A stretch of DNA of 64,000 nucleotides from Eledone cirrhosa (taxonomy: Eukaryota), in contig OZ024751.1 of the NCBI GenBank assembly GCA_964016885.1, forward strand, positions 14,818,001-14,882,000, in the 5' to 3' direction. Below the pieces are notes generated by a model that was given only the letters and a program-made list of their open reading frames with translations, did not search any database and was not told the DNA's origin. The position numbers and the translations under genes are program-made. Shown here one piece after another: positions 14,839-27,420 of this stretch. Numbering within the stretch: the stretch's first letter is position 1; each line of letters opens with the position of its first letter.

Positions 14839-15147
14839 TTAGATGCAAAATTTTTGGAATGTTTTACATATTTTTACTGTTCCATTAATGGATTGTACTT
14901 GTAGTTTCCTAACTAGTTGTGTTCTTTCTGTTCCTGTGAAGCCTAACTTCTCAAGATTTGTATTGAGGCAGTTACTAACATATCCCAGTGCCCCAATAAT
15001 CACAGGCATAAATCTGAAGGTGTAATCAGGGTGGAGTATCTGCAGATTTCTCATCAGTTCTGCATAAATATTCTCCTTTTCACTAATCTTTGATATTATA
15101 TTGGCATCTGCTGGGCAGCTAATTTCTACTACTGTGCATGTTTTCAT
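14839..15147 (-). pseudogene. R4/Dong-like non-LTR retrotransposon C-terminal restriction-like endonuclease fragment
   Basis: VVEISCP...EKENIYAEL...PVIIGALGYV...LEKLG, typical of R4-clade C-termini; flanked by (CATA)n. Confidence 0.75.
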
Positions 15148-15383
15148 GTATGTATGTATGTATGTATGTATGTATGTATGTATGTATGTATGTATGTATG
15201 TATGTATGTATGTATGTATGTACGTATGTATGCATGTATGTACCTACGTAAGTATATATGTATGTATGTATGTATATATGTATGAATGCGTGTATTAACG
15301 TATGTCTATATGTTTTCTGGTCGACGAAGGGAATAACACGTATGACCGGTAACATATCAATGGATATTTACATCTCGTTTGGA

Positions 15384-15456
15384 TTTTTGTCTGAAGAGAT
15401 CACGTAAGGCAGTTGTTATACAACTGCCTTACGTCTTTGAAATACGTATAAAAAAA
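15384..15456 (+). ncRNA. Hammerhead ribozyme motif with a 15-bp stem II
   Basis: CTGAAGA...acgtaaggcagttgt-tat-acaactgccttacgt...GAAA-tacgta-TA. Confidence 0.65.
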
Positions 15457-15497
15457 TAAATAGGGATGTACAAAAGAAACCTGCAGTCTTGTTTATT

Positions 15498-15930
15498 GGT
15501 TAACTTTGCCTTTTATCCTTACGGGGTCGATAAAATAAAGTACCAGTAATGCACTGGATTAATTGCTGTCCTTGTGCCAAAAGTTGAAACAATTATTATT
15601 ATTATGGTCTGATTTCAAATCTCGCCGTGGTTAACTTTGCCTTTCATCCTTACGGGGTCGATAAAATAAAGTACCAGTAATGAACTGGGATAATTGCTGG
15701 CCTTGTGTCAAAAGTAGAAACAATTATTATATATAGGGTGGTGGATTGGGCTTTGCAGCATAGAGTTACGCGCCCTTACGGTCTGAGTTCAAATCCCGCC
15801 GAGGTTAACTTTGATTTTCATCCTTACAGAGTCGATAAAATAAAGTACCAGTAACGTACTGGGGTCGGTTTAATCGACCTTCCCCTCCCCCAAAATTGCT
15901 GGCTTTGTGCCTATATAAGAAACCATTATT
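15498..15930 (+). mobile_element. Three head-to-tail family A SINE fragments
   Basis: Repeated gttaactttg...gtcgataaaataaagtaccag cores. Confidence 0.8.
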
Positions 15931-15957
15931 ATATCTATATATCTATATCTATATATA

Positions 15958-17281
15958 CTAGCAGTTTAGCCCGGCGTTGCTCGGGTTTGTTCATTTGCTA
16001 TGAAAAGTTACATACAGGTAAACGTGGCTTGAAAGCGAATAAGCTTATCAATTAAGTGCATAGAGCAGTTGAACCGGTTATTAAAAGTTACGAACCAATT
16101 AGCATTTTGGACAATTAACATTTTGGACAATCAATGATGGGTTCCAATAGCGAATTTAGCAGACCAAAGTTGCAAGATGGTGACCCTGATGCCGCTGGGT
16201 GTCAGATCTGTCCGCCATGGATGACCCTACCAGGAAATAGTTTTCCAGACGGCATAGCTCCAACACCTCCAACACCTGCACCAACATCTATAGCACCTCT
16301 TTGTAGACGATATTGCGTGTCATCCCTTGAGGAGTGTAAGCAAAAAGTCCATTCCTGCTCCCTACGCGGGAACAGGCAACATAAAGTTGGCCATGGGAGA
16401 AGCATGGCTCCCCCAAATGGATGCCCGCCACATGGACATGGCAAAACATGGTCTCACCGGGAATTGGGATCGCCGGAAATCGAACGGGATATCTGACGCC
16501 GAGGGGAAAAGGTTCATCCTTGGCAGTGTATTCGGCAGAATTGCCAGAAGTACAACACTATGGGTGTTGTCATATTAATATTTAACCAATGAAAGTCGTA
16601 AAAAATAAATAAATTTAAACATTCCGATTCATATGTCTATAGCATTAATCTGTTATATGAAGTGTTATTTTGCGGGTTGTTATTTGCAATAAGCCGATAT
16701 AAAATGCCCCAGAAAAGCCGTATGTCAATACGGAACTCCAATGACTCCCCCAGCAGTTAAATTATAGAGAGGGGAAATAATCTATTATAGAGAGAGGGAA
16801 GAGCGATGGAGAGAGTAAAGCTAAGAAACTATAGAGAGGTGTGTAAAACAGTGTTGTCATATAGAGAGTGAAGAGCGGCAGAAAGAGTAAAACAGTTAAA
16901 TTATAGAGAGGGGGAATGATCTATTATAAAGAGAGGGAGGAGCGACGGAGAGAGCGTTATGACTATGTTTGTTGTTGTATAAAATGATGTGTTGCTTAGT
17001 TTTGAAAGTTTATGTCGCGTTCCTGAACGAAGTTTTGTCGCTGTTGGGTAGTAGAGAGAGTGAATAAGCGTGTAAGAGAGAGGGTTACAGCATGTATTTA
17101 GTTTTATCGAATTTTTTCATAGAAGCAGGACATTTTTGGCAAAGTTTATTACGCGATGACCATCGTTGGTAAATTTGGAGCACATTGGAAAAAAAATCAT
17201 CAAAATCGGTAGAGAAATGTGGAAATGCATAAAAATCATACACACACACAGACAGACATCTTCCGTTTTATATATAGAGAG

Positions 17282-17282
<1 letters not shown>
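15958..17282 (-). mobile_element. Non-autonomous Helitron derivative
   Basis: Minus strand starts A|TCTCTCTATATATAAAA and ends with hairpin cccgagcaacgccggg plus CTAG|T; contains a helicase remnant. Confidence 0.85.
16288..16526 (-). pseudogene. Helitron RepHel Pif1-type helicase C-terminus (frameshifted)
   Basis: Manual translation: LPRMNLFPSASDIPFDFRRSQFPVRPCFAMS / VAGIHLGEPCFSHGQLYVACSRVGSRNGLFAYTPQGMTRNIVYKEVL*. Confidence 0.9.
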
Positions 17283-17341
<59 letters not shown>

Positions 17342-17519
17342 TGACAATTGATCATATTAAACTGCAACCATCAGCAACGACGATTAAATAACATCCACAC
17401 TACCTCCCTCTCCACTCATCTCTGTGTAAACAAGAACTGCAATCGTAATTACACTAAATCAGATTTAAATTGACATCACCCCTTGCTTAATGGTGATAAT
17501 TTCACCTTGTTTACCACAA

Positions 17520-18478
17520 CCATCACCACCACCACCTTAAATAACAAAAAATTCTAACCACTACCATTGTCACCATCACTACTACTACCACTACCATCAC
17601 TACTACTACCACCACTACCACCACCACCACTATCACCACCATCTCAAACAACAACCAATTCTAACCACAACCATTGTCACCACTACTACCACCACCACTA
17701 CCACCACCAACAACAACAACAACCAACTCTAACCACTACCAACAACAACAACAACAAACTCTAACCACCACCATCACCACCACCAACAACAACCAACTCT
17801 AACCACCACCACCACTACCAACAACAACAACAACAACCAACTCTAACCACCACCACCACTACCACCACCACCAAACACAACAACAACCAACTCTAACCAC
17901 TACAACTACCACCACCAACAACACCACCACCACTACCACCAAACCAACCTTAACCACTACTGTTACCACCACCAACAACAACAACCACTACTATTACTAC
18001 CACCACCACCACTCCCAATCAACTTTAACCCCAAGCACTACCTCCACCCAACCTATTCTAACTACTCCCACCTCCACCACACGATGCCTGTAAGGCAGAA
18101 TGAGGAAGTGGAAGTGGATATGTTTTAAAATAAAGGAAACAAACTTACAAACAAACATCGCCACCTCCACCACCACCACCACCACCTCCACCATCACCAG
18201 CTCTACCATCACCAGCACTACCGTCACCTCCACCAGCACTACGATCACCACCACCAGCACTACCACCACCACCGTCACCAGCTCTACCACCACCAGCACT
18301 ACCGTCACCACCACCAGCACTACGATCACCACCACCAGCACTACGATCACCAGCACTACCATCACCACCACTACCACCGTCGCCACCACCACCATCGCCA
18401 CGACTACCATCACAACAACAACAATAACAACAACAGCAATAACAACAACTACAGCAATAACAATATCAACAACAAAAA
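17520..18478. repeat. (ACC/AAC/ACT)n low-complexity arrays
   Basis: Direct inspection. Confidence 0.9.
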
Positions 18479-18586
18479 CGCTAAATATAAATAAATGACC
18501 GACTTATTACAGAAAGTAAGGATGTAATTAAAATATAAAAAATTATAGGAATTGCTCTGGAGACAAAGCAACCCATAATAATATAT

Positions 18587-19705
18587 GGGTCTATTGTGTA
18601 TTTTCTGGTGTGACCCTTTGTCTTTCCTAGTGTGACCCTGTCTTGATATAACTGGGTCTATTGTGTCTTTACTGGCGTGACCCTGTCTATTGTGTATTTT
18701 CTGGTGTGACCCTTTGTCTTTCCTAGTGTGACCCTGTCTTGATATAACTGGGTCTATTACGTCTTTACTGGTGTAACACTGTCTATTGTGTCTTTACTGG
18801 CGTGACCCTGTCTATTGTGTATTTTCTGGTGTGACCCTTTGTCTTTCCTAGTGTGACCCTGTCTTGATATAACTGGGTCTATTACGTCTTTACTGGTGTG
18901 ACCCTGTCTATTGTGTCTTTACTGGCGTGACCCTGTCTATTGTGTCTTACTGGTGTGACCCTGTCTTGATATAACAGGGTCTATTGTGTCTTTACTGGTG
19001 TGACCCTGTGTCTTTCCTAGTGTGACCCTGCCTTGATATAATAGGGTTTTTACGTCTTTACTGGTGTGACCCTGTCTTGATATAACAGGGTCTATTGTGT
19101 ATTTACTGGTGTGACCCTGTCTTAATATAACAGGGTCTATTGTATATTTACTGGTGTGATCCTGTCTTAATATAACAGGGTCTATTGTGTATTTACTGGT
19201 GTGACTCTGTCTTAATATAACAGGGTCTATTGTGTATTTACTGGTGTGACCCTGTCTTAATATAACAGGGTCTATTGTATATTTACTGGTGTGACCCTGT
19301 CTTAATATAACAGGGTCTATTGTGTATTTACTGGTGTGACCCTGTCTTGATATAACAGGGTCTATTGTATATTTACTGGTGTGACCCTGTCTTAATATAA
19401 CAGGGTCTATTGTGTATTTACTGGTGTGACCCTGTCTTGATATAACAGGATCTATTGTGTCTTTACTAGTGTGACCCTGTCTTAATATAACTGGGTCTAT
19501 TACGTCTTTACTGGTGTGACCCTGTCTTGATATAACAGGGTCTATTGTGTATTTACTGGTGTGACCCTGTCTTGATATAACAGGATCTATTGTGTCTTTA
19601 TTAGTGCGACCCTGTCTTAATATAACAGGGTTTATTGTCTGTATTACTAGTATGACCCTCGACATGGTATAACAGGGTTTATTGTGTATTTACTAGTGTG
19701 ACCCC
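18587..19705. repeat. 45-bp minisatellite with internal hairpin
   Basis: Unit ctggtgtgaccctgtcttgatataacagggtctattgtgtattta; regular from about 19015 to 19700, with shorter rearranged units before that. Confidence 0.95.
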
Positions 19706-19819
19706 CGTCTCGGCAAAAATGTCGACAAATTTGTTAACTATAGGAAATGACTCATCCGTTTAAATTAACGAGTGGAAAAGAAAGAAGAAAAGAAAAGAAA
19801 CGAAAAAAGATAGGGAAAG

Positions 19820-20195
19820 ATGCTGATTGTCAGATCTGACCAAAGAAACCATATTTCCATTGGTCTTTCCATTGTTTATACTATCTGCCTGTCACAACTC
19901 CTGGCAGGTGACTGTAAAAGGAGCTGATTGTCAGACCCGATCAAGGAAACGAGGCCATCCATTTTAAAGGGCTCCTATTTCCATTGGTTTTCCCAATACT
20001 GATACGATATGTTGGTCACAACTTCTGGCAGAATACAGGAGACGATCGTCAGATGACCAAAAGAAACAACGTTTCCATTGGTCTTTCCAATATTGTTACT
20101 ATCTGCCCGTCACAACTCCCGGCAAATGACTAGAAAGGAGCCGATTGTCAGATCTAACCAAGGAAACAAGGCCATCTATATTAAGGGGCTCTTAT
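19820..20195 (-). repeat. Tandemly repeated 3' segments of SINE family B
   Basis: Repeated gtcaga..aggaaac..tttccattggtctttcc..tcacaactcc..ggcag, homologous to 13670-13750. Confidence 0.6.
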
Positions 20196-20819
20196 TTATA
20201 TCTAAATGAACTAACATAATTTGATATATGAACAGTTTGTTAAGTTACTATCTTAATATGGACATATTTAATAATTTTAGTAAATTCCCCCGAATCCCAG
20301 ACCTGTCAACTCTCCCCCGTCGGACGGGGAGATCTCCCACCCACTTTAGAGATGTTTTTCTCTTGTGAAAATGGGTATAGCTTTCATTATGTAAAATTTA
20401 CCCATTTTGTCTCATTTCTCCACATTTTGGGGCACTTTTTTTTCATGGTACTCCTCGTTTGGGTATTTAGAGGATCGGTAGGTCTGAAAAGCTTCCTTAA
20501 TAAAACCAAATACGGTGTCTTTCACCAGAAATACGGTCACGTGAGAGTTAATGTGATAATGTTTAACGCTGACAAGAAATGATAGGTCTCACCATATATA
20601 AGAACGTAGACGGCACACACTATAAACTCCAGAGAAGGTAACAAGTCTGCTTTACTGTTGTAACCACAAAACATTTAATTTCCCCTCCCCTCACACTACA
20701 TTGTTATAAATGTCCAGCTCCGCCTCTCTTTCAGGTGCAAAACCTCAGGTGAATGTAACTTTTATGATCCCAACACACAGAATTGCAAAAATATTTGTGG
20801 TGTGAAAAAAAATGACAGC

Positions 20820-20877
20820 TTTTTTCTTTCTTTCTTTCCTTCTTTCTCTTTTTTTCTTACTGTCTTTCTTTATTTTT

Positions 20878-20969
<92 letters not shown>

Positions 20970-21092
20970 TCCTTCTTTCTTTCTTTCTTTCTTCATATAT
21001 TTATTTTCTTCTTTGTGTCTTTCTTTCTTTCTTTCCTTCTTTCTTTCTTTCTTTCTTTCTGTCCTTTCTTTCTTCCCTTCTTCCTTTCCTTT
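20820..21092. repeat. (TTTC)n repeat
   Basis: Direct inspection. Confidence 0.95.
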
Positions 21093-21519
21093 CACCTATA
21101 ACAATTCTACTGACACACCGAACGTTTTAATGATAGTTATAAAGAAATTTATTTTAAAATAATGATACTATATTTAGAATAATATTGCAATCTTTACAAA
21201 ACCATTGAAAGCTTTACATGTAATTATTATTATTCCAAAAATTCATATAAAACGAGATTCATATTCAAACTGTGACTTTCATTCATATAAGCCCCCCCCC
21301 CCCCTTTGTTGTGTATTTCAACCCACGTCCTGACTTATTTAAATTCTCTCCTTCACTCTTCCTATGTTTGTCAGTCAGGTCAGTGTAATTAACACTTCAT
21401 CTTTTCACTCTCTCTTTTATGTTCCTTCCATTGTCATTTACTCACTTCCACATTACTTCTTCTACTATCACTTATTCACTTTCTATTTATCTTTTTCTTT
21501 TTTTTTTTGTCTTCTTCGT

Positions 21520-21860
21520 CATCATCTTTTTCTCCTCCTCTTCCTCCTCCTCTTTCTTCTTCTTCTTCTTCTTCTTCATCATCTCTTTCTTCTTCTTCTT
21601 CTTCTTCTTCTCACCCCCCCCCCAATTATTCCTGAGAGGGTCGTGGAAGGGCAGAGTCCTCAAACAGTCCCTCCAACAGGTCCTGTCAGAAGCAACCATC
21701 TCCAACTGATCCGGTTGGATCCCCCAAGCGTGACCTTCATGGATGTTATCCAACCATCTTGCTAGGGGATCTACCCCTGGGTCTCTTGTCGGTTGGTTTA
21801 GCCCGTAAAATCTGTCCAGCGATTCTTTCCTGAGACATTCTAACCACATGCCTGTAGTAT
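21520..21860 (-). pseudogene. RTE-like LINE 3' fragment with (GAA)n tail
   Basis: ..ARWLDNI..LEMVASDRTCWR.. C-terminal signature followed by a triplet tail. Confidence 0.55.
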
Positions 21861-22289
21861 CGGAGCTGGAAATATAAATCTCCCAATTTATCGTTTTATT
21901 AAATTCCTATTTTGTCTATCTGGAGGAGAGGAAGATATCTTGGACTTGTTCCATACTACTCTAAATCAATCCCCACTCCCTTAGATACACTACGAGTATT
22001 CCCAGGATGATTTGAACTAAGTACTACAAGTTATGAGACGACTATTTATCAAACAGTAGCAATGCAGCTGTTTACAATCGAGGAAAGTACTCAACAGACG
22101 AAAGCAGTGAGGTATGTTATTTATTTAGAAGAACAATCTGCAAGTTTTATAGTGTTGCTATTTTATATAAATGGAGGAATATAAATGTCGAGAGAAAGTG
22201 AGATAAACAGGATTTATCGTTTATTGCTAGTTATAAAATATTGTAATTATAGTACAGGATATTATCATTATCAGTATAAGATGACACAA

Positions 22290-22618
22290 ATACAACATAA
22301 ATATAATACAATACAACACCAATATAATACAATACAACACCAATATAATACAATACAACACCAATATAATACAATACAATACAACACCAATATAATACAA
22401 TACAATACAACACCAATATAATACAATACAACACCAATATAATACAATACAACACCAATATAATACAATACAACACCAATATAATACAATACAACACCAA
22501 TATAATACAATACAACACCAATATAATACAATACAACACCAATACAATACAACACTAATATAACATCAATATAATACAATACAACACCAATATAATACAA
22601 TACAACACTAATATAATA
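22290..22618. repeat. 21-bp minisatellite (ccaatataatacaatacaaca)
   Basis: Tandem units with 7-codon periodicity. Confidence 0.95.
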
Positions 22619-22659
22619 TCCTGCACACACACACGGACACACGGACACACAGATATATA

Positions 22660-22761
22660 CAGGGTGTCTCCAAAAAATGTATACACACTTTTTGATTACC
22701 TGTACAGGCAATATTTATTAGAATAGTATTGAAGTGTGTACACATTTTTTGAGACACCCTG
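22660..22761. mobile_element. Tc1/mariner-type MITE (~100 bp)
   Basis: TA|CAGGGTGTCTC...GAGACACCCTG|TA terminal inverted repeats; more copies at 40825-40869, 51910-51986, 58056-58155 and 59941-60018. Confidence 0.85.
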
Positions 22762-22781
<20 letters not shown>

Positions 22782-22792
<11 letters not shown>

Positions 22793-23363
22793 GATGAATG
22801 TGTGTGTGTCTGTGAGTTTGAATCCCTAAAACTCGAGAAGTACCCAACCAATCTTTTTCAAACTTTACATGTGTATTACTTATGTTTCAGGGAGTGTTAT
22901 GCACATTAAAAAATTCAACTTTTTGATCCCCTACGACCCGCATTAGGTGAAAAACTGCATCTTTTCAGCTTTTTAGGTTTTTTTTCAGGCGTTACGTCAG
23001 ACCGATTCCCTTGAAATTGTAACTATGTATTAGTCAGTCTCTTTTTCATAGCGTGAGCAAAGAAAATCCAACTTTTTTATGGCCTAGGGCCCGCATTGGG
23101 GCTTTTTTGAGGCGTTACGTCTAGCCAATTTTCCCGAAATTTCAAGGCATATTATGCACATAAAAAAATTCATTTTCTTCATTAGGTGAAAACCTGCATT
23201 TTTCCTGCTTCATCGATAATCTTAAAGATTATCCAGCCATCAGAGTATTCGGTTTATTTTCTTTACATATTGTCCAGGCATGCAGTTTTTCCACGATTAG
23301 GTTTGTTGGCGGCCCGCGTTCCAAAATACCTCATCCCGTGCAACGCTGGGTACCACTGCTAGT
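22782..23363 (+). mobile_element. Non-autonomous Helitron-like element
   Basis: tatataaa start with (GT)n, internal diverged repeats, 3' hairpin cccgtgcaacgctggg plus CTAG|T. Confidence 0.65.
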
Positions 23364-23402
23364 ATATGTAACCCATGTGCAACCACGCAGCACTCCATTT
23401 TT

Positions 23403-23449
<47 letters not shown>

Positions 23450-23462
23450 TCCTCTCTCTCTC

Positions 23463-24451
23463 TCATCCTTAATAAGGTATCTCAAAAGTGAGCGAAACCC
23501 ATTTAGTGATTTAATCCTGGTATGTATATAAGCATTTCTAACTTTAATTTTACCTAATTATGTATGGTTGACCGTATATTTAATTAGTTTCTACGTGCTG
23601 TTGAAATGTTGGGTAAATATTCTATAGCGGTTGGCCGCGAAGACGCTGCATAGGTGCCTTTTATTCTTATAGCCTGGTCTAATTGATTTTTTGTGTGGTT
23701 AATTATGCTGATTGGGAGTAGAGATGATGTATATATATTATCAAATAATTCTCTGGACATGCTTTACTCTATAGTATTTTGCTCTGATTGTTTAATTTAT
23801 TAATTCTTCATTAAGCCACATCGTGAATAGTTGCCAAAACACATATATACCTGTGACTTTGTTTAATTGGTGTATGTGTAAATATTTATATTTAATAATC
23901 TCCCATAAGGTTGAGATACAATTTGGGCGATATTGGGCTGCGCTTTCTAGCAACCAACCCACTTGCCGTAAGCAACCAATCACACCCTTCCTGACTTGAC
24001 CACTGCCACGTCACAGTTCTCAACCATTTTGAATTCGTGTTTGGCGGGGGCCACTTCGGAAAATAATCTGTCCTAGCGAGTTTGTCCCCTGAAGAGCTCT
24101 AAACTCGAGATTCATCCTTAATAAGGTATCTCAAAAGTGAGCGAAACCCATGGGTCGGGATTTAGTGATTTAATCCTGGTATGTATATAAGCATTTCTAA
24201 CTTTAATTTTACCTAATTATGTATGGTTGATCGTATATTTAATTAATTTCCACGTGCTGTTGAAATATTGGATAAATATTCTATAGCGGTTGGCCGCGAA
24301 GACACTGCTGTGGCGTATTTATTTACTGTTTCTTCATAGGAGCCTTTTATTCTTATAGTCTGGTCTAATTGATTTTTTGTGCGGTTAATTATGCTGATTG
24401 GGAGTAGAGATGATGTATATATATTATCAAATGGACATGCTTTACTCTATA

Positions 24452-24452
<1 letters not shown>
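23463..24452 (+). mobile_element. Partial tandem repeat (period 649 bp) carrying a hammerhead; PLE pseudo-LTR or retrozyme-like
   Basis: 23463-23775 is repeated at 24112-24452; diverged relative at about 30065-30340 (-). Confidence 0.75.
24085..24160 (+). ncRNA. Complete type-I hammerhead ribozyme motif
   Basis: ccc-CTGAAGA-gctc...gagc-GAAA-cccatggg-TC|ggg; GTC cleavage triplet, palindromic stem III. Confidence 0.8.
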
Positions 24453-24535
<83 letters not shown>

Positions 24536-24671
24536 GTATAATAGTATATAATAGTATATAATAGTATATAATAGTATATCCGTATTAGTAGAGCACTCAG
24601 TCCATGGAAGGAAGAAAACTCTGAAAACTCTAATCATACGTTTTTTTTTTATCTTTGACTGTTTCAGCTTC

Positions 24672-24709
24672 GTGTCTGAAAAGAGGGTAATAGCCCTGAA
24701 ATATCATAC
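24672..24709 (+). ncRNA. Degenerate hammerhead motif
   Basis: gtgt-CTGAAAA-g-aggg..ccct-GAAA-ta-TC|atac; core G mutated. Confidence 0.5.
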
Positions 24710-24858
24710 TAAATAAAGCATTACTTTCTTTTGTTTTGCTTCATTTACCATTATTTGCCCTTTGTATTTTCTACCACATTGTACAGGCTTTTAAAATACT
24801 TATCACTCATTAACTACATATCTCACAATGTTTCGTATTAATTGCACTACTCCTTCTC

Positions 24859-24891
<33 letters not shown>

Positions 24892-25059
24892 CGTGCGTGT
24901 ATGTGTAACTCATTCTTCTTCCCCCAAGCGTGAAACTAATACACTTCATGTTATTGCATCCTCTTGTTTGTTCGTTTCTTGTTTACTTGACTTGAACCTA
25001 ATATAACTGTGTAAAAATAATTGTCTCCTGTCATATGTGTGTGTGTGTGTGTGTAAAAC

Positions 25060-25275
25060 GGTGTATCAGTAAAGTCGTTAGGGCGTCGGATTAAACATGC
25101 CTCGGTATTTGTTCTCTGACATATTGAGTTCCGAGTTCAAATCTCACGCAGGTCAACATTTCTTTTGATCCTCCTTCCGAGAGCGATAAAATAAAGTACC
25201 AGTCAATTATTGGAGTTAATTTATTGACCTTTCCACCCTAACCTCCAAACTTATATCCTTGTGTCTAAATTAAAA
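25060..25275 (+). mobile_element. Diverged family A SINE
   Basis: gagttcaaatc box B and gataaaataaagtaccag core. Confidence 0.65.
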
Positions 25276-25409
25276 CAACATTACATAAGAAACCAAACTG
25301 ATACGGAAGCTGATATTGGTGAAACTATAATATCCGGAATTTTGTTTTTAATGAATCACTGGTTTCTAAGTATTTCTATCACTCGAGTGAATAAGTTAAT
25401 ATATGTACA

Positions 25410-25463
<54 letters not shown>

Positions 25464-25493
25464 TATATATGTGCGTGTGTATTTATGTATGTG

Positions 25494-25538
<45 letters not shown>

Positions 25539-25581
25539 CATACATGCACACACACACACATATGTACATACATACATACAT

Positions 25582-25612
<31 letters not shown>

Positions 25613-25639
25613 CAGAGACACAGACACACACACATATAT

Positions 25640-25930
25640 ATCCGCTGCACCTCCTCCAACCTAGTCTACGGACTTCGCTGCACGAGGTGCAGCGCGACTT
25701 ACGTCGGACAGACGGGACGTCGCCTGGCGGACAGATTCACCGAGCACCTCCGGGATATTCGTCTCGGTGGTAGTTCCCCCATCGCCACTTTGGTGCCCCT
25801 GGACATTCCGCACGCCATCTCACAGTCTGTGGCCTACTCCAATGCCACGGAACACCCGCCAATCTCCTCAGAGTTGAACAAAGAACCATCTTCATCTTAC
25901 AGACCCACACTCCCCCCGGCCCGAACTCCC
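25640..25930 (+). pseudogene. PLE GIY-YIG endonuclease fragment (frameshifted)
   Basis: CTSSNLVYGLRCTRCSATYVGQTGRRLADRFTEH, then in a shifted frame GHSARHLTVCGL..RVEQRTIFILQTHTPPGPN. Confidence 0.85.
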
Positions 25931-27101
25931 CACCCTTATTCCTTTAGCCTTCGACCGCCCCCCTCCCCCCACACGTATCCCCCACTAACACCACTAACAC
26001 ACCCCTCCTTTTCACCGCCCACCCCACAACTAACAATACTAACACCTCCACTCCACCCCTCATCCGACCACCCTTCCCCAACTAACACACTAACATCCCT
26101 CCCTTCTTCTCCTCCCCCCTCCTTATCACACGCACACACCCACCGGCACATATATACACGCGCTCACACTAAACACACACCCTACTACCACCACTAACCC
26201 TCACCCCCACACATCCACCCCACCACCCCGCAACTAACATCACTAACACCCCCTGACCCCAAGCACACGAACACACGCACCCACTTACACCACCCACCCT
26301 ACACGCAACTAACATCACTAACACCCCAACCCCACGTACACGTACACACACACCCTCTTACACCACCAACTCTACACACCCTACCACCACTAACCCCCAC
26401 TCACACCAGCATTCAACCCTTTCTCCACCTCCCGTATACTAACACCCACTAACACCCCCTTCATCAAACTACACACACACCAGTACACCACACTCCCTCC
26501 ATCGACCCCCACACCCTTCTCTCCCCGCTCCACCCACACCCTTTCTCTAACACTCACTCATCCCACTAACACCTCTACTAATACACACACACCCCCTCCT
26601 CACTCCAACTTTCACACCTACCCATCCTCGCCCCTTTACCATTCCACCCTACTGCTGCTATGCCCTCTGACCACCTCCCAGCACACACAGACACACATCA
26701 CTCCTACTGCCTTGACCATTTCCTGTTGCGCGCGCACCCCACATCTCCCCTCTTCCGACCAATCTCTTCACGGATTACTCGTATGTGGACCTTGACCGTG
26801 GAATCAACTACCATCCTAGGATTTTACCAACCTTTCCACCACATCTTCTTACGGAATCACCTTTACGACTCACCCACACACACACCCAAAAAAAATTTTT
26901 TTTTCCCACTCGCCACCTACACCCACACCACGCTTAAACACCACACACACGTGCATTCCACCACATATTTACACATTCAGCCTCCGGATTCCTCCCCCCC
27001 ATCCCTCTATCCACACACGCACACACACTCCGACCTACACCCGACCCCACACACACCTCTTCCTGAACATGCAACCCCGTTCTTCCCCCAACCCTTGCTT
27101 T

Positions 27102-27134
<33 letters not shown>

Positions 27135-27420
27135 GTACACCTACACACACACACACCACCTTCAGCCCTCCCCGCTCGGACACCCCGTCCCCCTTTCCCC
27201 ACTCCACCCGCCACCACCCCTACACGCCCCACACCCTTCCACCACCTGTTTTACCCCATTTTAATTTTATTTTGATCATGCTTTTATTTTTAATTTCATT
27301 CCCACCGTTTCCTCCCACCCCCTTTTCGCTATATGTCTCTCCACCACTCCCCTACACACCCTTTGAACTCTCTTCCCACACACTTTTCACCTGAAGAAGG
27401 GCTTATGCCTGAAACGTGAA
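25640..27420 (+). mobile_element. 5'-truncated Penelope-like element: GIY-YIG remnant, long C-rich 3' region, terminal hammerhead (27385-27418)
   Basis: CTGAAGA-a-gggc-ttat-gcct-GAAAC at the end; last ~95 bp match 57633-57731 (-). Confidence 0.7.

Noticed and set aside
18937-19665. 242-aa repeat ORF and CRISPR-like appearance of the hairpin array
   Set aside because: Units are contiguous with no unique spacers, there are no cas genes and the context is eukaryotic; the open frame follows from a stop-free 45-bp unit
20297-20600. Possible hAT-like terminus cagacctgtcaac with a GC hairpin
   Set aside because: No convincing partner TIR or TSD found
22006-22111. Exon-like segment with ttcccag acceptor and gag|gtatgt donor
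   Set aside because: Stops in all three frames after the acceptor; could only be UTR or non-coding and cannot be supported
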